From assembly GCA_904063045.1 (NCBI GenBank), contig CAJFCJ010000006.1, positions 2,718,946 to 2,782,945 of the forward strand: 64,000 bases of DNA, given 5' to 3'. The first letter of the stretch is position 1; every line of letters starts with the position of its first letter. The notes below the pieces were generated by a model. That model was not told the DNA's origin. It did not search any database and worked only from the letters and a program-made list of their open reading frames with translations. This stretch comes from Dimorphilus gyrociliatus. Its lineage: Eukaryota; Animalia; Annelida. This document shows, one piece after another, positions 27,878-42,700 of the stretch. The translations under genes were made by a program, and so were the position numbers.

Positions 27878-28273
27878 ATGGCGGATACTCGGCGAGTTGG
27901 CCATTTCGTTGACAAGGGTGAATTATTTAAACAGAATCGCATGTCAGAATTACGTAAAAATCTGCTTAAGTCGAAAAATATGTATAGATTAATAGATAAT
28001 CAGGCTATAAAAATAAATCACGAATTAATTGAAATGGGTCATCGTCTATTCGATATTAAATCCAAAATCGAGCTGGCAGGGAAAGATATAGACCATTTTA
28101 GAAGGGATAATACATCTGTAAGGAATGCTAATTTTACTCTTACGCGTGAAAGAAATGCTTTGAAACGTGAATTGTATAAAATGGAAAGAAACGGAATTGC
28201 AATATCGAGTTTTAGAAAGGATTTATTAAAGAACGGTGTAGACAATTATGAGGCTGGCGAAAATTATGATTGA
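27878..28273 (+). CDS. Orphan coiled-coil protein, 131 aa
   Basis: ATG-initiated 396-nt open frame in AT-rich DNA with heptad-like E/K/R/L pattern. No family recognised. Confidence 0.6.
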   Translation: MADTRRVGHFVDKGELFKQNRMSELRKNLLKSKNMYRLIDNQAIKINHELIEMGHRLFDIKSKIELAGKDIDHFRRDNTSVRNANFTLTRERNALKRELYKMERNGIAISSFRKDLLKNGVDNYEAGENYD

Positions 28274-29175
28274 TTACAATTTCCATTCATCGGTTTAACT
28301 TTTCTCAGTTCGGCATGGATCAATTTTTCGATTTCTAAATATTCTTTCGGTTTAACATACTGAATATGTAGATAAAGCTATTATATGCTTACTATGTAAT
28401 ATTGCGAAATACTACCGATATTATCAGTGTGTTGTTTGCATGTGCTAATTTAAGACATTCTTGATTGAGTGGTATTCCAACTCTTAGCATATCAGTTATC
28501 GAAAACTTCTTAAAATATCTGAAAGACATTGCAAGTTACATAAAAATATATTGGAAAGATGTTTGATTTACTTTTTATTGGACGTACGAAGGGTAATCTC
28601 CTTTTGATTATCATTCACTCTGCAATCGTAGACATCGAGAGGATATGGTAAATTTCTAATTCTCCACTGAAAGGCTTCTTTTGTGTCTTGTCTTAAAAAG
28701 ACCGGCTGCATGAAACTGACCATAATTTCTTCACTTTGTATGCTTCTCATTGCCTGACTTTCACCAATTTCGTATTCCCATTTCCTTTCACCCGTTAGAG
28801 ATCCCGGTTTTCTGATCTTTCTTTCTGTAGTTCGTTAAAAACTATTCTATTTAGAGCTATTTTATTTTCAATTCACTTCATTACCAATTAAACATTGTTT
28901 CCTTTTATCGTAGTCTTCCGCTATCTCCAAACCATTTTTAAATGAGAAATGAAACTTATACCTACCTGAAAAATACCCAATACTTATTATCGTTCTATAC
29001 AGACTAAACTATATATAGTTTTTACAAAATTAGGCGATATATCTCCAAATATCGAATTAAATTAAATAATTATATAACATTAATAAATTCATGACGTACA
29101 ATCTTGAATTAAAAGTGTTTTTTCAGCATCTCGAATTTGAGAAATCCAATCGTTCGTTACTGAATTTTTGGACAT
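28264..29175 (-). CDS. DPCD: Deleted in primary ciliary dyskinesia homolog, 5 exons
   Basis: DWISQIRDAEKTLLIQD, GLEIAEDYD, PVFLRQDTKEAFQWRIRNLPYPLDVY, RTSNKKYFKKFSI and LAHANNTLIISY. Confidence 0.95.
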
Positions 29176-29228
29176 CGTAACAATTCTGAATAAATTTTCA
29201 GCGCTAGAATTTTTTTTCGAAAATGTTG

Positions 29229-29242
29229 GTTTCCCTGGAGAT
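29229..29242. promoter_or_regulatory. Putative RFX X-box upstream of DPCD
   Basis: GTTTCCCTGGAGAT, 54 nt 5' of the DPCD ATG. One strong half-site (GGAAAC on the minus strand). Confidence 0.45.
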
Positions 29243-29450
29243 ATATCTTTATTAATTAGGCATAGCTTTTTTTTAATATAAAGTTATAAATGTATATATA
29301 TTAATTGAGTATGAAGGATATACATGTATGATAACTTGTTTTATTTATGATTTATCGATTTTTAGAAAAGGACAAAAAAGGAATTATATATAAACTATAC
29401 AGATGTTGTGTCTTTTCACAGGAAAATGCCCTCAAAGCATGTCAATAGCT

Positions 29451-30354
29451 TTAAAGGTTTTTCCTAGCATTCATCATGCTATTAACTTCCCATATGAATT
29501 TTCTTTCCAAGTCAATAATCTTTTTCAGCTCTTCATTTTTCTTTCTTATTTGCTGTTTAGAGGAATAAATATGTTATAAATAAATAAATTAATAAAATAA
29601 AACTATTACTTGAATTAAACGATCTTTTTCCATTTTTTTACTTTCCATCATTTCAAAGTCATCTCTGAATTGTTGATCCTAAATTAGACAAAAAATAATA
29701 GAGAGTTCACATGGAATGAGTCAAGTATTTCAGGTATTCTTTTAATTTTCTACGGAAATGCATTAAAAACATTCCAAACTATCAATTTAATTACTCCATT
29801 ACAAAACAAAAAGATAAAATCAAGGGAAATAGATAATCTGATTAGATCTATAATATCTTTTCTTTCTGAATTCATTCTTTATCAGCATTTACACTAGTTT
29901 TGAATAGAGCTTTTATCTTGGAGAAAGTTTCTCTTTTATCAAATAGAATAACAAAGAGGGGAGTTGCTTTTACTTGGGGCAACAATACTACAAAAACAAC
30001 TAAAATTATACCTGAATGGAAAGCGGAGGCATATTTCTTGTTTCTTCTTCAATTTTATCATAATAAACTTTCACGCGCCTCATCATTCTCGATATATTTT
30101 GAATAGTATCGACACATTTTCGTTTTCGTTCATCGAAAGCTTGTACAGTATTCATTAAATTTCCAATCGGCAACTGAGCGATAAATAGTTAATTTAAAAA
30201 TATAGTGATTTCAGTAAATTTAATAACATACTGGTGTGTTCCCAATAAATTTAAACATTTCGAATACTTTAGTGAGACAATCACTGACAGTATCGTGGGA
30301 AACTTTGCAACATGATATAAGGTTTTGCTCGCTTAAAGCCAGAGGAGCAGTCAT
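29451..30354 (-). CDS. MED30: Mediator subunit 30, exons 30354-30232, 30173-30012, 29678-29610 and 29552-29451 (about 151 aa)
   Basis: NLISCCKVSHDTVSDCLTKVFEMF..LPIG, RRVKVYYDKIEE and IRKKNEELKKIID..FIWEVNSMM align with the recalled MED30 sequence. Confidence 0.85.
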
Positions 30355-30566
30355 CTTTAAAACTGGTGGTCAAATTGATGTTTTACCTAATTTGATGAAA
30401 TAAGTTGATAGTTCTGAGATATTTGATTTGCGCTATCAAAGTTTAATATTCCTTAGACCCACTTTTAAAAGCGATAACTGAATATTTAAAGCTTTTTTCT
30501 AAAATAATTTGATTTAATCATATATAAAGAGTTTCTCTTTTCTGTTAAATACATCTATTATCACTC

Positions 30567-31183
30567 ATGGCGCAATCCGATTCTAAAAAAGTGTTAGAGT
30601 ATGAACACTTTTTGAATAATAAATTACGCGAAGACTTGAGGTTAGTCGCCGACTAAACATTCAAAAGTTATTTTATAATTAATAATTCTATAGAGTAACT
30701 TTAGAAAATCGCAACAAAATTCTATTTGACATAGCTGAATACTTGGAACTAAAGACGTTTGTAGAAAAATTGCTTATCAACAATGACGAGAAAATAACAA
30801 CCAAACTTGATTTGGGTTGTAATTTTTATGCTCAAGCTGTTGTGTATGTATTATTAAGATTATTATTAATTATTTTTGGCTTTGAATAAACTTTTCTAAC
30901 GTTAAAAATTTTTAACTTTTCAGAAAAGATACAAAGAAGATTTTTATTAGTATAGGATTTGGTTTCTTCCTTGAAATGACCCCTGAAGAAGCATTAAAAT
31001 TTATCGATGAGAAATGTACATATTTAAATGAACAATCGGATTTATTAAGTAAACAATGTATATCAATAAAAGCCAGAATAAAATTAGTGTTGGAGGTATA
31101 TTTTAATTATTTAAAGAGAAAACCATTATATAATCTTCTTTCTATATTTTCAGGGACTACGCGAATTGCAAAATATAAAGTAG
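30567..31183 (+). CDS. UXT: UXT, prefoldin alpha-like subunit, 4 exons
   Basis: KVLEYEHFLNNKLREDL, EYLELK, DLGCNFYAQA, IGFGFFLEMT..EALKFI and IKARIKLVLEGLRELQ. Confidence 0.95.
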
Positions 31184-31869
31184 AAAAACTTGTAAAAAGC
31201 TATATTTTTCAATTGAATTTATGAAAGGTTTAAGTTAATAAATTACTATAAATTTCTCATGGGAGACTGTATTTTTAAGATATTTATTAATTATGTAACA
31301 TACATTTTCAGCCAATAAAACCAAAGATTAAACTAAATAAAAGCTTGTCGAAACAGTTTGATAGTATTCAAATTGTATATTTACCTTCTTCATCTTATCA
31401 AAAGTTTAACGTTAATCTATTATTTATAGCCCCAATCGAGACGCGAATAAATGTAAAGAGAAAAGGAATCAAATGTACAACTTTTATTTAAAAAACTTTC
31501 TCTCTTTGTCTGTTTCTCTCCCTCTTTCTCCAAAAAACGACTTGACAAATGGACTAAAAATTAACCTAAATATAGGCTAAATTGTTTATATATATGTTAT
31601 TCAAAAACGTAAACAAATCAATAATTATTTAAAAAAAAACAACAACTTTTTTTACCGATATTCCTATTAAAATCACCTTTAATTGATAAAAATTCTAAAT
31701 TGAAAGTATACATCTGACACTAGAATTGGACTTTTTTTTTTACCTAATTATTATTCATGAAAGTAAAGACTTGCAAATTTCGACAGTTTAGAAGAAAAGT
31801 TAGTTGGTTACTTTAAGATTACGGGAATAAAGTCAGTGAAAGACAACGTTGAAAGCGTTGTCTCTTAGT

Positions 31870-32505
31870 ATGGAGATGACGGTTGAGGCAGCAAATGTCC
31901 TTCCACGGATGAAAGCAGAGAATAATCAACCGTTTCATTTTATTGAGGCTTTTGGAGCTAATTGCGTATCTGTGTTAGCAATTTGTTGTGCGGCTTTCTG
32001 TGATTTGATGCCAGATTTTCTCTATTGTCCTTGTTTATGCTGTTCTGATGACGTGGATGATTTATCCCAAAACTCGATTGTAGACAACTGTACACCGCCT
32101 AGACAAACCTCAAAAAAGTCAACCCTTATATCACAAACAGAGGTTAAAGACTCTTCTGTTGTTACAATATCACCAAAAAAAGATCAACAATCTTTCACTT
32201 TGTCACCACAATCCTTCAGGGTACCGGTTATGCCCTTATCTCCAAGTAAAATTTTACTGTTGAAACCGTTCTCTTCAACAAAGACTATTATAACTAATAG
32301 TCCTTATTCAACTCCTCCGCAAGTATCTTCTACGAATTTAAGTGAAAGGCAAAAAAAAGAAATAAAGAAATCTCTAGAAAATAGGCATATCAGATTAAAA
32401 AGAGTCTTAAGGGAACCGGTTTTATTTTCTATAGAATCAGTTATCAAGGGAAATAGAACTAGAAGTCATAAGAGATTAAAACGTTTCACCCATAACTTAC
32501 AGTGA
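31870..32505 (+). CDS. Orphan protein: Cys-rich hydrophobic N-terminal segment plus Ser/Pro/Thr-rich and basic tail (about 211 aa)
   Basis: Open frame of more than 630 nt in AT-rich DNA; ICCAAFC..YCPCLCC cluster. No family recognised; the start codon is uncertain. Confidence 0.55.
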   Translation: MEMTVEAANVLPRMKAENNQPFHFIEAFGANCVSVLAICCAAFCDLMPDFLYCPCLCCSDDVDDLSQNSIVDNCTPPRQTSKKSTLISQTEVKDSSVVTISPKKDQQSFTLSPQSFRVPVMPLSPSKILLLKPFSSTKTIITNSPYSTPPQVSSTNLSERQKKEIKKSLENRHIRLKRVLREPVLFSIESVIKGNRTRSHKRLKRFTHNLQ

Positions 32506-32627
32506 TTATATAATATGCAAATTTTCTGTGTCTTAAATTTGCATATATAAATAATATTTGACTATTAATTAGTTATAATTTTTTGTATTATATTGTTTTT
32601 ACTTATATTTTATTAGTTTTAATATAT

Positions 32628-32630
<3 letters not shown>

Positions 32631-32660
<30 letters not shown>
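32631..32660. repeat. (TA)n microsatellite
   Basis: About 15 TA units. Confidence 0.9.
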
Positions 32661-32661
<1 letters not shown>

Positions 32662-32754
32662 CATTTTATGTTTGAAAACAATGTCTCTTTAACTGGATCT
32701 AGGCCTAGGGAAGGATTGTTTGTAAAAAAAATAAATATAAGGCAAAATCCATTA

Positions 32755-35856
<3,102 letters not shown>

Positions 35857-35885
35857 ATTTCTTTTTTTATGAATTTGATGATACT

Positions 35886-35899
35886 GTTACTATGAGAAC
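35886..35899. promoter_or_regulatory. RFX X-box in the DRC1/KIAA1328 bidirectional promoter
   Basis: GTTACTATGAGAAC fits the 14-bp GTYNCY-AT-RRNAAC pattern; 30 nt from the DRC1 ATG. Confidence 0.6.
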
Positions 35900-36026
35900 A
35901 AATTATATATTTTCGTAAGATATAAATTAAAAATAAAAAGAAAATAATATTAATAAACAATTATCTGATGATTTCGATGTTTTATTAATCTGAATTAAAA
36001 AATACGAAAATGACGTTGACTCTAAT

Positions 36027-38206
36027 ATGGCGGCCAAAACAAAAGAGAAATTTCGACCTGTGGATGTTTTTTGGTCAAATGGTAGTAATCCATTACATAT
36101 ACTTTCTCTAAAGAAAACTACCACTAGAGAATTAATTTTGTGTTTAGAAAATGTAAAATTTGCAATCTTCTTTGATTTCATTGAAGGAAGTTAACGATTG
36201 AAAAAAAACATATAAGTTTATTTAACAAGTTTGGGCTAGTAATAACGAAAATAATTATTTATCTTCTCGAGTTGACTTAATAATTTTTGTTTGATAATAA
36301 AATTTACAGTATCCTAATATTTATTTCAGGCGAAGGAGATGGTTATGAGCGATGGATATCAAACGGTTAGTATCAATGGAAATAATCGTAATAAGGAATA
36401 TAAAAATTGGTTTTGATCGAAATAGGTATACAAAAGAAGGAAAAAAAACTGTCTGAAGCGGATTATTCAAAAGCACCGTATCCAAAGAAAACATCCAAGG
36501 TAAAGTCAAAGAAAACGTCGCCCATTAAAAAAAAATCCCCAACAAAACCAACCAAAGGAGAAATATCTATTCATGAACAAGCTACTTTAAAAGATTTAAG
36601 GCCAGAAGATAAGGAAAGAATATCAAACTTAATAAAAGAACTTGCCAGGTATAAAATTTCCACTAATTTTTATGGATCAACAATAATCTTTTTCTTTTTG
36701 TCATTAGATTAGGCAGTGAAAAAGAAGTTATACAGAAGCAATTAGAAGAAGATCGTTCTGAGTTTGAAAAGAAAAGAAATGAATTATTCAAAGCTCATGG
36801 TGCTCTACTATCGGAAAGAAAAGGTTTTTATTCCTTTTTTTTTCTTCCTTTGACTAAATACGTACTTGTATCGAATCGTAAAGCCATTTAAGTTTATATT
36901 CTATATCAAATCCCTTAAGTGGTCGATTTATCTTTGTTTGATAAAGTCTATCTTTGTACTCAAAAGTTCCTATTTATATGATTACAGAAATTCAAAAACA
37001 ACTTTTAAAAAGCCAGACTTTACTAGCAAAGTATCAAGAATTACTTTTAAAACAACAAGCCATAAAACGTCCTAAAAATTCCGCCCAAGAAAAAGAAGAA
37101 CTTTTTGTAGATAATGAAGAAAATCTTTGTGCTAAACCTCCACCTCATCAACCTCCAATTGCTTCCTCTCTTAATCAACCTTTAACTACTCATCCTCCCC
37201 TTTCTTCTTCTTCTTCTTCGAGGCCATTCACAGAAAAATTAGACATCATTCTAAAAGAAGACGGACCCAATCCGTCAATAGAAAAGCGCAATAGGAAATT
37301 TCCTCGTCCTCCTTTAATGTCTTCAACTAAATTTAGTGATATAACATCTGCTGGAAGCACACCATCGAGGCGGAAAGTTGATGTGGTAACAACAGAAGAA
37401 AACTTTATTAAGAATTTAGAAGATTCCGGAAGTAAACTAAGAGAAGAGGCGGAAATCGTCAATTTTTCTGATCTAAGTAAAAAAGAGGTAGGGAAAAAGT
37501 CTAAATCAAGTCCGACAAGGGTAAATAAAAAGCATTCGGCGGATCGTCTTAATGAAAAGCTTACCGAACAAGATACTACAAGTTTATCATCAATTGACAA
37601 TAAGGTAAAGGAAAAAGCCGAAAGATCTAGCTCCTCCTCCGTCAGATTTAATTTGGCGGCCGCTGCACCATCTCCTGAAAAATGTCAAACAGAAATGGAT
37701 AAAAAGCATGAAGAATTTCTAGAAGAAGAGAGAAGATTAAAGGAAATTCTTTTCGAACAAGAGAAACTTTTAGAAGAGAAAAAGAATCAATTAAAAAATC
37801 AACAAATGATTCAGAAAGCTAGATTGAAATATTTTGAAAAAACTGGTACATTCCCATCAAGATGTTCCCTAACGGACAATTTAAACGATGTTATTGACTC
37901 ATTAAATAAGGATAGAGTATACGATTATAATTCGGAAGATGAGGAGAAAAATTTGAAATTCCTAAAAGAGAGAGGAATAGAAATTAAAAGGAAGCCAGAT
38001 AACCAAAAATTACTAACAAGGTAATAAAAAGAAAGAAACAATACATCACTTAAATTCTTAATAAATGCCTATTTTTTATTAGCGACGAAGCAGCTACTCT
38101 ATTAAATATTGTTGGAGAGTTACGCGAATGTCCATCTACTGACAGTTCAATTGAAGAGGAACCCGATGATAAAGAATTGATTAGTGATATATTCTTCATT
38201 CGATGA
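36027..38206 (+). CDS. KIAA1328: Hinderin (KIAA1328)-like coiled-coil protein; exon 2 assignment uncertain
   Basis: VFWSN N-terminus, TLKDLRPEDKERISNLIKELAR|LGSEKE signature and C-terminal LISDIFFI. Confidence 0.85.
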
Positions 38207-38583
38207 TTGTCTTAATTAAAGGAAGAATTTGTAATTTATATGAAAAATCATATAGATTTTAGTCTTGAAATGTTTTTTATATATATCCATTTTTTTGGCA
38301 ATGGAAAACAAGAGATTTTAGCTATATTTTAATTATAATAAACGATTTTATTTCCTCTCTTTTGACCTATTTTGAACATGTTATCAATTAATAATCGATG
38401 ATGGATTAATCTTTTTAAGTACTCAATATACAGCATAATAAAAGTATGTTTTATACGAATGATTCAATAGGTATTATATCATTCAAATTTGCCGCCAATC
38501 GTAATTTTATATGTGTGATGAATCGATTATTGATTGAAGATTTGATTTGACAGTGGAGGGATTCGGTATAAAAAGTCGAATGT

Positions 38584-38607
38584 GTCACGTGACTGTATCT
38601 AGGCAAC
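38584..38607. promoter_or_regulatory. E-box palindrome GTCACGTGAC plus X-box GTATCTAGGCAAC upstream of CFAP107
   Basis: Perfect 10-bp palindrome at 38584-38593 and an RFX-type site at 38595-38607, 35 nt before the ATG. Confidence 0.65.
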
Positions 38608-38641
38608 AGACGACGCTGAGAAGATCAAGAGATTTTTAGAA

Positions 38642-39470
38642 ATGGAGGAAAACAGGACTTTTGAAAAGCCTTATAATCAGACAGCATCGCAACCTGGATG
38701 GAAAATTGAGAAGAGATTTAATCCTGATGTTTTGATAGGAAATTGGTATGAAGAACGTCGTCAAGTAAGTAATACTTTAGTAAAGCAATAGTAAAAGTTT
38801 TTAAAACTTGCATCTCTTACTAATTTACTCATAGTTCGAAAGTAAAAATTTCAACCATCGATCAACGCATCAGACGGATTTTAAAGCATATAAAGACGCT
38901 AAACCGGACGTTGTTGTTCGTCGAAAAGCTCAAATCAATAACACAGGCTTGGACAGGAAATTTCTCTTCGATCATCACAACGGAAGATATGAAAAGAACA
39001 CACTGATTACTTGGTACGATGAGCATTATAATAAGAGGGAAAGACCTGCAGAACAGAAATTTCCTCCACTAAGAAGATGGGATAGTTCTACTATTGCTTG
39101 GTTGCCGGAAAAGTCAGATCATCCAATCATGGCTGAGCCAACCAATTGGGGTTTGAAGGAATCTAGAATGAGAAATTCGACAGCATTTTCCGATAGCTAC
39201 TGCATGGATGATCGGTTCGATACTAACTATCGTATTTCTTATAATCCACTACCTCGCGAAGCCTATTCAATGACCAGATATTCTGCTCCAAGAGAACAGT
39301 CAACCAACCTAATTCCGTTTAACAAAATGGCTAAAAATTTTACTTTAAGAGATGGTAAAAGATTACTAAGAATGAGGGAACCTCTTCTAACTCCTGCTCA
39401 CGCCAAACCAGTTATTACACCACCGAATAATTGCCCAGTTGCTCCGGACTGTTGTCCAGTTTCTTTTTGA
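38642..39470 (+). CDS. CFAP107: Cilia- and flagella-associated protein 107 (C1orf158), 2 exons
   Basis: PGWKIE..VLIGNWYEERR and LITWYDEHYN..PPLRRWD..AWLPEKSDHP..PTNWGL. Confidence 0.9.
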
Positions 39471-39796
39471 CCGAAAAAACCTCCTTAAGTTTTTCGCAGT
39501 ATTATTTTTTTTTTAATTTTTTTTTTTTTGAAAAAACAAAGAACAAAAAAAAAAAAGCTATGAAATTTTGTGTGTGTTCTATAGAGTACAGTATTCTTTT
39601 CGACAATAAATATCATAAATTTTTCTCTATTTTCAATCGATTCTTAATTGATTAATAATTTAAATATAAATACGAAATAAAACCCGTTTATTTACTAAAT
39701 AATAAAAATAACAGATATTCAGTATACATATTCTTTTATTAATTAAATAAGTGATTATAGCAAAAAAACCTGTAATTATGATTGGATGTTAAAGAG

Positions 39797-42700
39797 TTAT
39801 TTGTGCTTAGAACGTTCATTTGCCAATGCTAGCCTTCTTATATTTCCAATACAACCGGCTGCAGCTTCTTGGAGAATATCGTCTTTTGAACCGACCATGT
39901 CAATCAGTAACTGATTTGAAAAGAAATAGTATTTCTTCTATTAGAAGAGAGTTTATTGAATATTTATTAAGTAATATTTACCTTTACTACTCCGTTTTCG
40001 TGCATTGTAATACAATTGTCGGGATGTTTACTCAATTCGTGAAGAGCACAGGCAGTTGATCTATGCACGTCCATATCTTTTGACTTAAGATATTTGACAA
40101 GGGGAGCAACAGCTTTTGCGTTACCAAACGACTCTCTATTTTTCCCCCAATTACAACATCTAGCTATGGCCTCTGCTAAGTGCCTTCTTAACTTGTCTGA
40201 TGTTCTATTAGTTAGTTGGGCGAGCATTGGAACCACGCCATGGTCAGTAATAACTGCTAAATTCTCTTCATCCTTAGCTATATGACCTATTGCTGCGCAA
40301 ACTGACGCCAAAACTTCTTTGTCATCAGACTTTAGGAGGTTGACAATCAACTCCAAACCTCCAACAAACGAACGAACCATTTCTCCAGCATCTTTGGCGT
40401 TTTCGATGCAAGGACAAATTGCCCAAGCTGCTGAACTCTGAACTTCAGTTGATGGATTTTTTAAAAGACTCCAAAGTAATCTTACTCCATCTAGCTTATC
40501 GATTACGCTGAAAAAAAGTCGAATTAATATAAACAGAAGGTTAAGTAGTCTTTAAAAATAGCTTACTCCATATTGGATGATTCTTCAGCGCATTGACCGA
40601 CCGCATTTGTAACATTTACTAACAATGCCTTATTAGTTCCTGTTAATAATTCTATTAGAGCAGGAAGACCACCTGCTTTTCTTATTTGTAACCTATTTGG
40701 TGGATCTTGTGCTAATTCGGACAAGGCTCCGACAACGTTTGTAAGAACTTCTTCAGGTTGGTCTTGCAGAAGGCTAACTAGTGTATCAATAGTCTTCAAT
40801 TCTTGGAATTTTTGGGCATTTTCTCTAGATTTCGAGCATTTCCAGATAGCTCCTGTGGCAGCCGTTAGAAGAAGTTTATCTTCTCTAGATTCTAACAATG
40901 ACACTAACGGATTTAAGCCACCATATTTCCTTACTAATTCTCTAGTTTCTTTTTCTTCTGCGCACTTGAAAATAGCGCTGGCACAATGCATTTGTAGCTC
41001 TGGATTCTTTGATTTAAGATTTTTGACGAGGTCCTGTATCATTCCCTCCGTTCTAATAGCTAATCGATAATCATGCTGTAAAGCAAAATTGATAAAGTAA
41101 ATGAAGTAAAAGGCATTTAGATATCTTACCTCCGAGGCGCACTCTTGTAATGTTCCTACAACGGGTATAAGCATATTTTCATGGGGTGATTTCAATAGTT
41201 GAGCAAGCAGCGGAATTGCTCCATTTCTCCTCATACTTTCTTTATTTTTAGTGCTCTTACTGCAGGACCAAAGGGCCAGAGCACCACTTCTAGCAACTTC
41301 TATATTCTTTTCTTCCTCTTCCGATACATTATCCGATTTTGGAAGTGTACAATCCAATAATCCAACCAATTTCTTAATACCTCCATGTCTTCTAACAGTT
41401 CTGCGTGCTCTACGAAACCTAGCTACATTGGCAATAGTTTCAGCTGCCAAACATTTTAGGTCTTTGTTTGGATCTCTGAGAATTTTCACCATAGTTTGCA
41501 AACCACCCAAATCGGCTATTGCACGTCTTATGTGAGCATTATTGGAGATATCTCTAAGAATAATAAGCGCTCCCATTTTACACTTGGACTCCTCAGTGTC
41601 CAAAAGATTAATAAGAACATCCAATCCTCCAAGATCCCTAACTGCTAGCTGACAGTTTTCGACTGTTGCTAAGTTAAAATCTCGAAGTGCACATAAGGCA
41701 ATCATTGTAGCAGTTTGATTTCCTCCTTTTAGGTATTTAACCAATTTCTGAATTTGCCAATATTCGGAAGGCAGATCTGAAGTTGCCTCTGGTCTTCGTT
41801 CAACAATTTCTTCTTCTTCACCAGATTCGGATGAACTTTCTTCAAAGGGTTCATCATCTGATTGATATCTATAGAATTCGAGTTTTATGATTTGTTTCCC
41901 TCTATTAAAATGTTAAATTCATCAATCTTTACCTTAACGGTGATCCTTTACTAATGGTGACACTCTGAGGTTTTCCATATTTCTTTTTCTCCGATTCTTC
42001 TTCGTCCCTGGTATAGTTTTACACAATATAAATTTAACTAGGTTCATGAATATTCAAAAATAACTTAATTATCTAGGTCATACGCTGATAAATTCAAAGA
42101 AAGTTTATAGCTAGCTAGTTTCGAATTTGTATAAGCCATAGTTGTAAGATGGCGCTGCTAATAGTTTTTAATAAGAAATTCCTGAAATATTCTGCTCTAA
42201 TATATATTTTGTACAATAATTTAAATATATAAATATTGTTTTTGAATATTTAAATATGCTAATGAATCTAATTAACATACGTTTTAGACACTCCCAGCAA
42301 TTTCCATTTAACTGACGGTTCTAATTTTCTTTCAGATTTCTTTTTTAAATGCTTCCTATCATCGTGCCCGCCATCGTCCTTAATCTTTGATTGAGAATTT
42401 GATCTTCCTCCATCTCTTTTACCTCTATTCTCTGTTTCAATTTCCTTTTCCAAAGACGATTTTTGATTTTTCTTGAATTCCTAAAAAGTATCTTTCTTTT
42501 AAAAATATGCAATAATAAAGATTATAATAAAATACATCAAGACCTTTCTCTATGCATGAAATTAAAGAAAAAAAGTAAGAATTGCTTATGAATATTCATT
42601 ATACTAATTAAGAAACGCTTTTATCTTAAAGATGTATTTTAAACGGTCATTGAATTGATAAGTAAAGATTTAATCGTTGTTTAAGTATTGTTTGTAAATC

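Noticed and set aside
29176-29450. MED30-DPCD read-through or fusion (about 35 open codons upstream of the DPCD ATG)
   Set aside because: MED30 has a normal stop, the DPCD ATG matches the homologous N-terminus, and an X-box-like site suggests a separate promoter.
29711-29749. 39-nt in-frame MED30 micro-exon (KIKRIPEILDSFH)
   Set aside because: It would need a 32-nt downstream intron, and direct splicing of the flanking exons already aligns acceptably.
38294-38304. 11-nt match to the 5' end of miR-182 (TTTGGCAATGG)
   Set aside because: The rest of the mature sequence diverges and no symmetric pre-miRNA hairpin forms.
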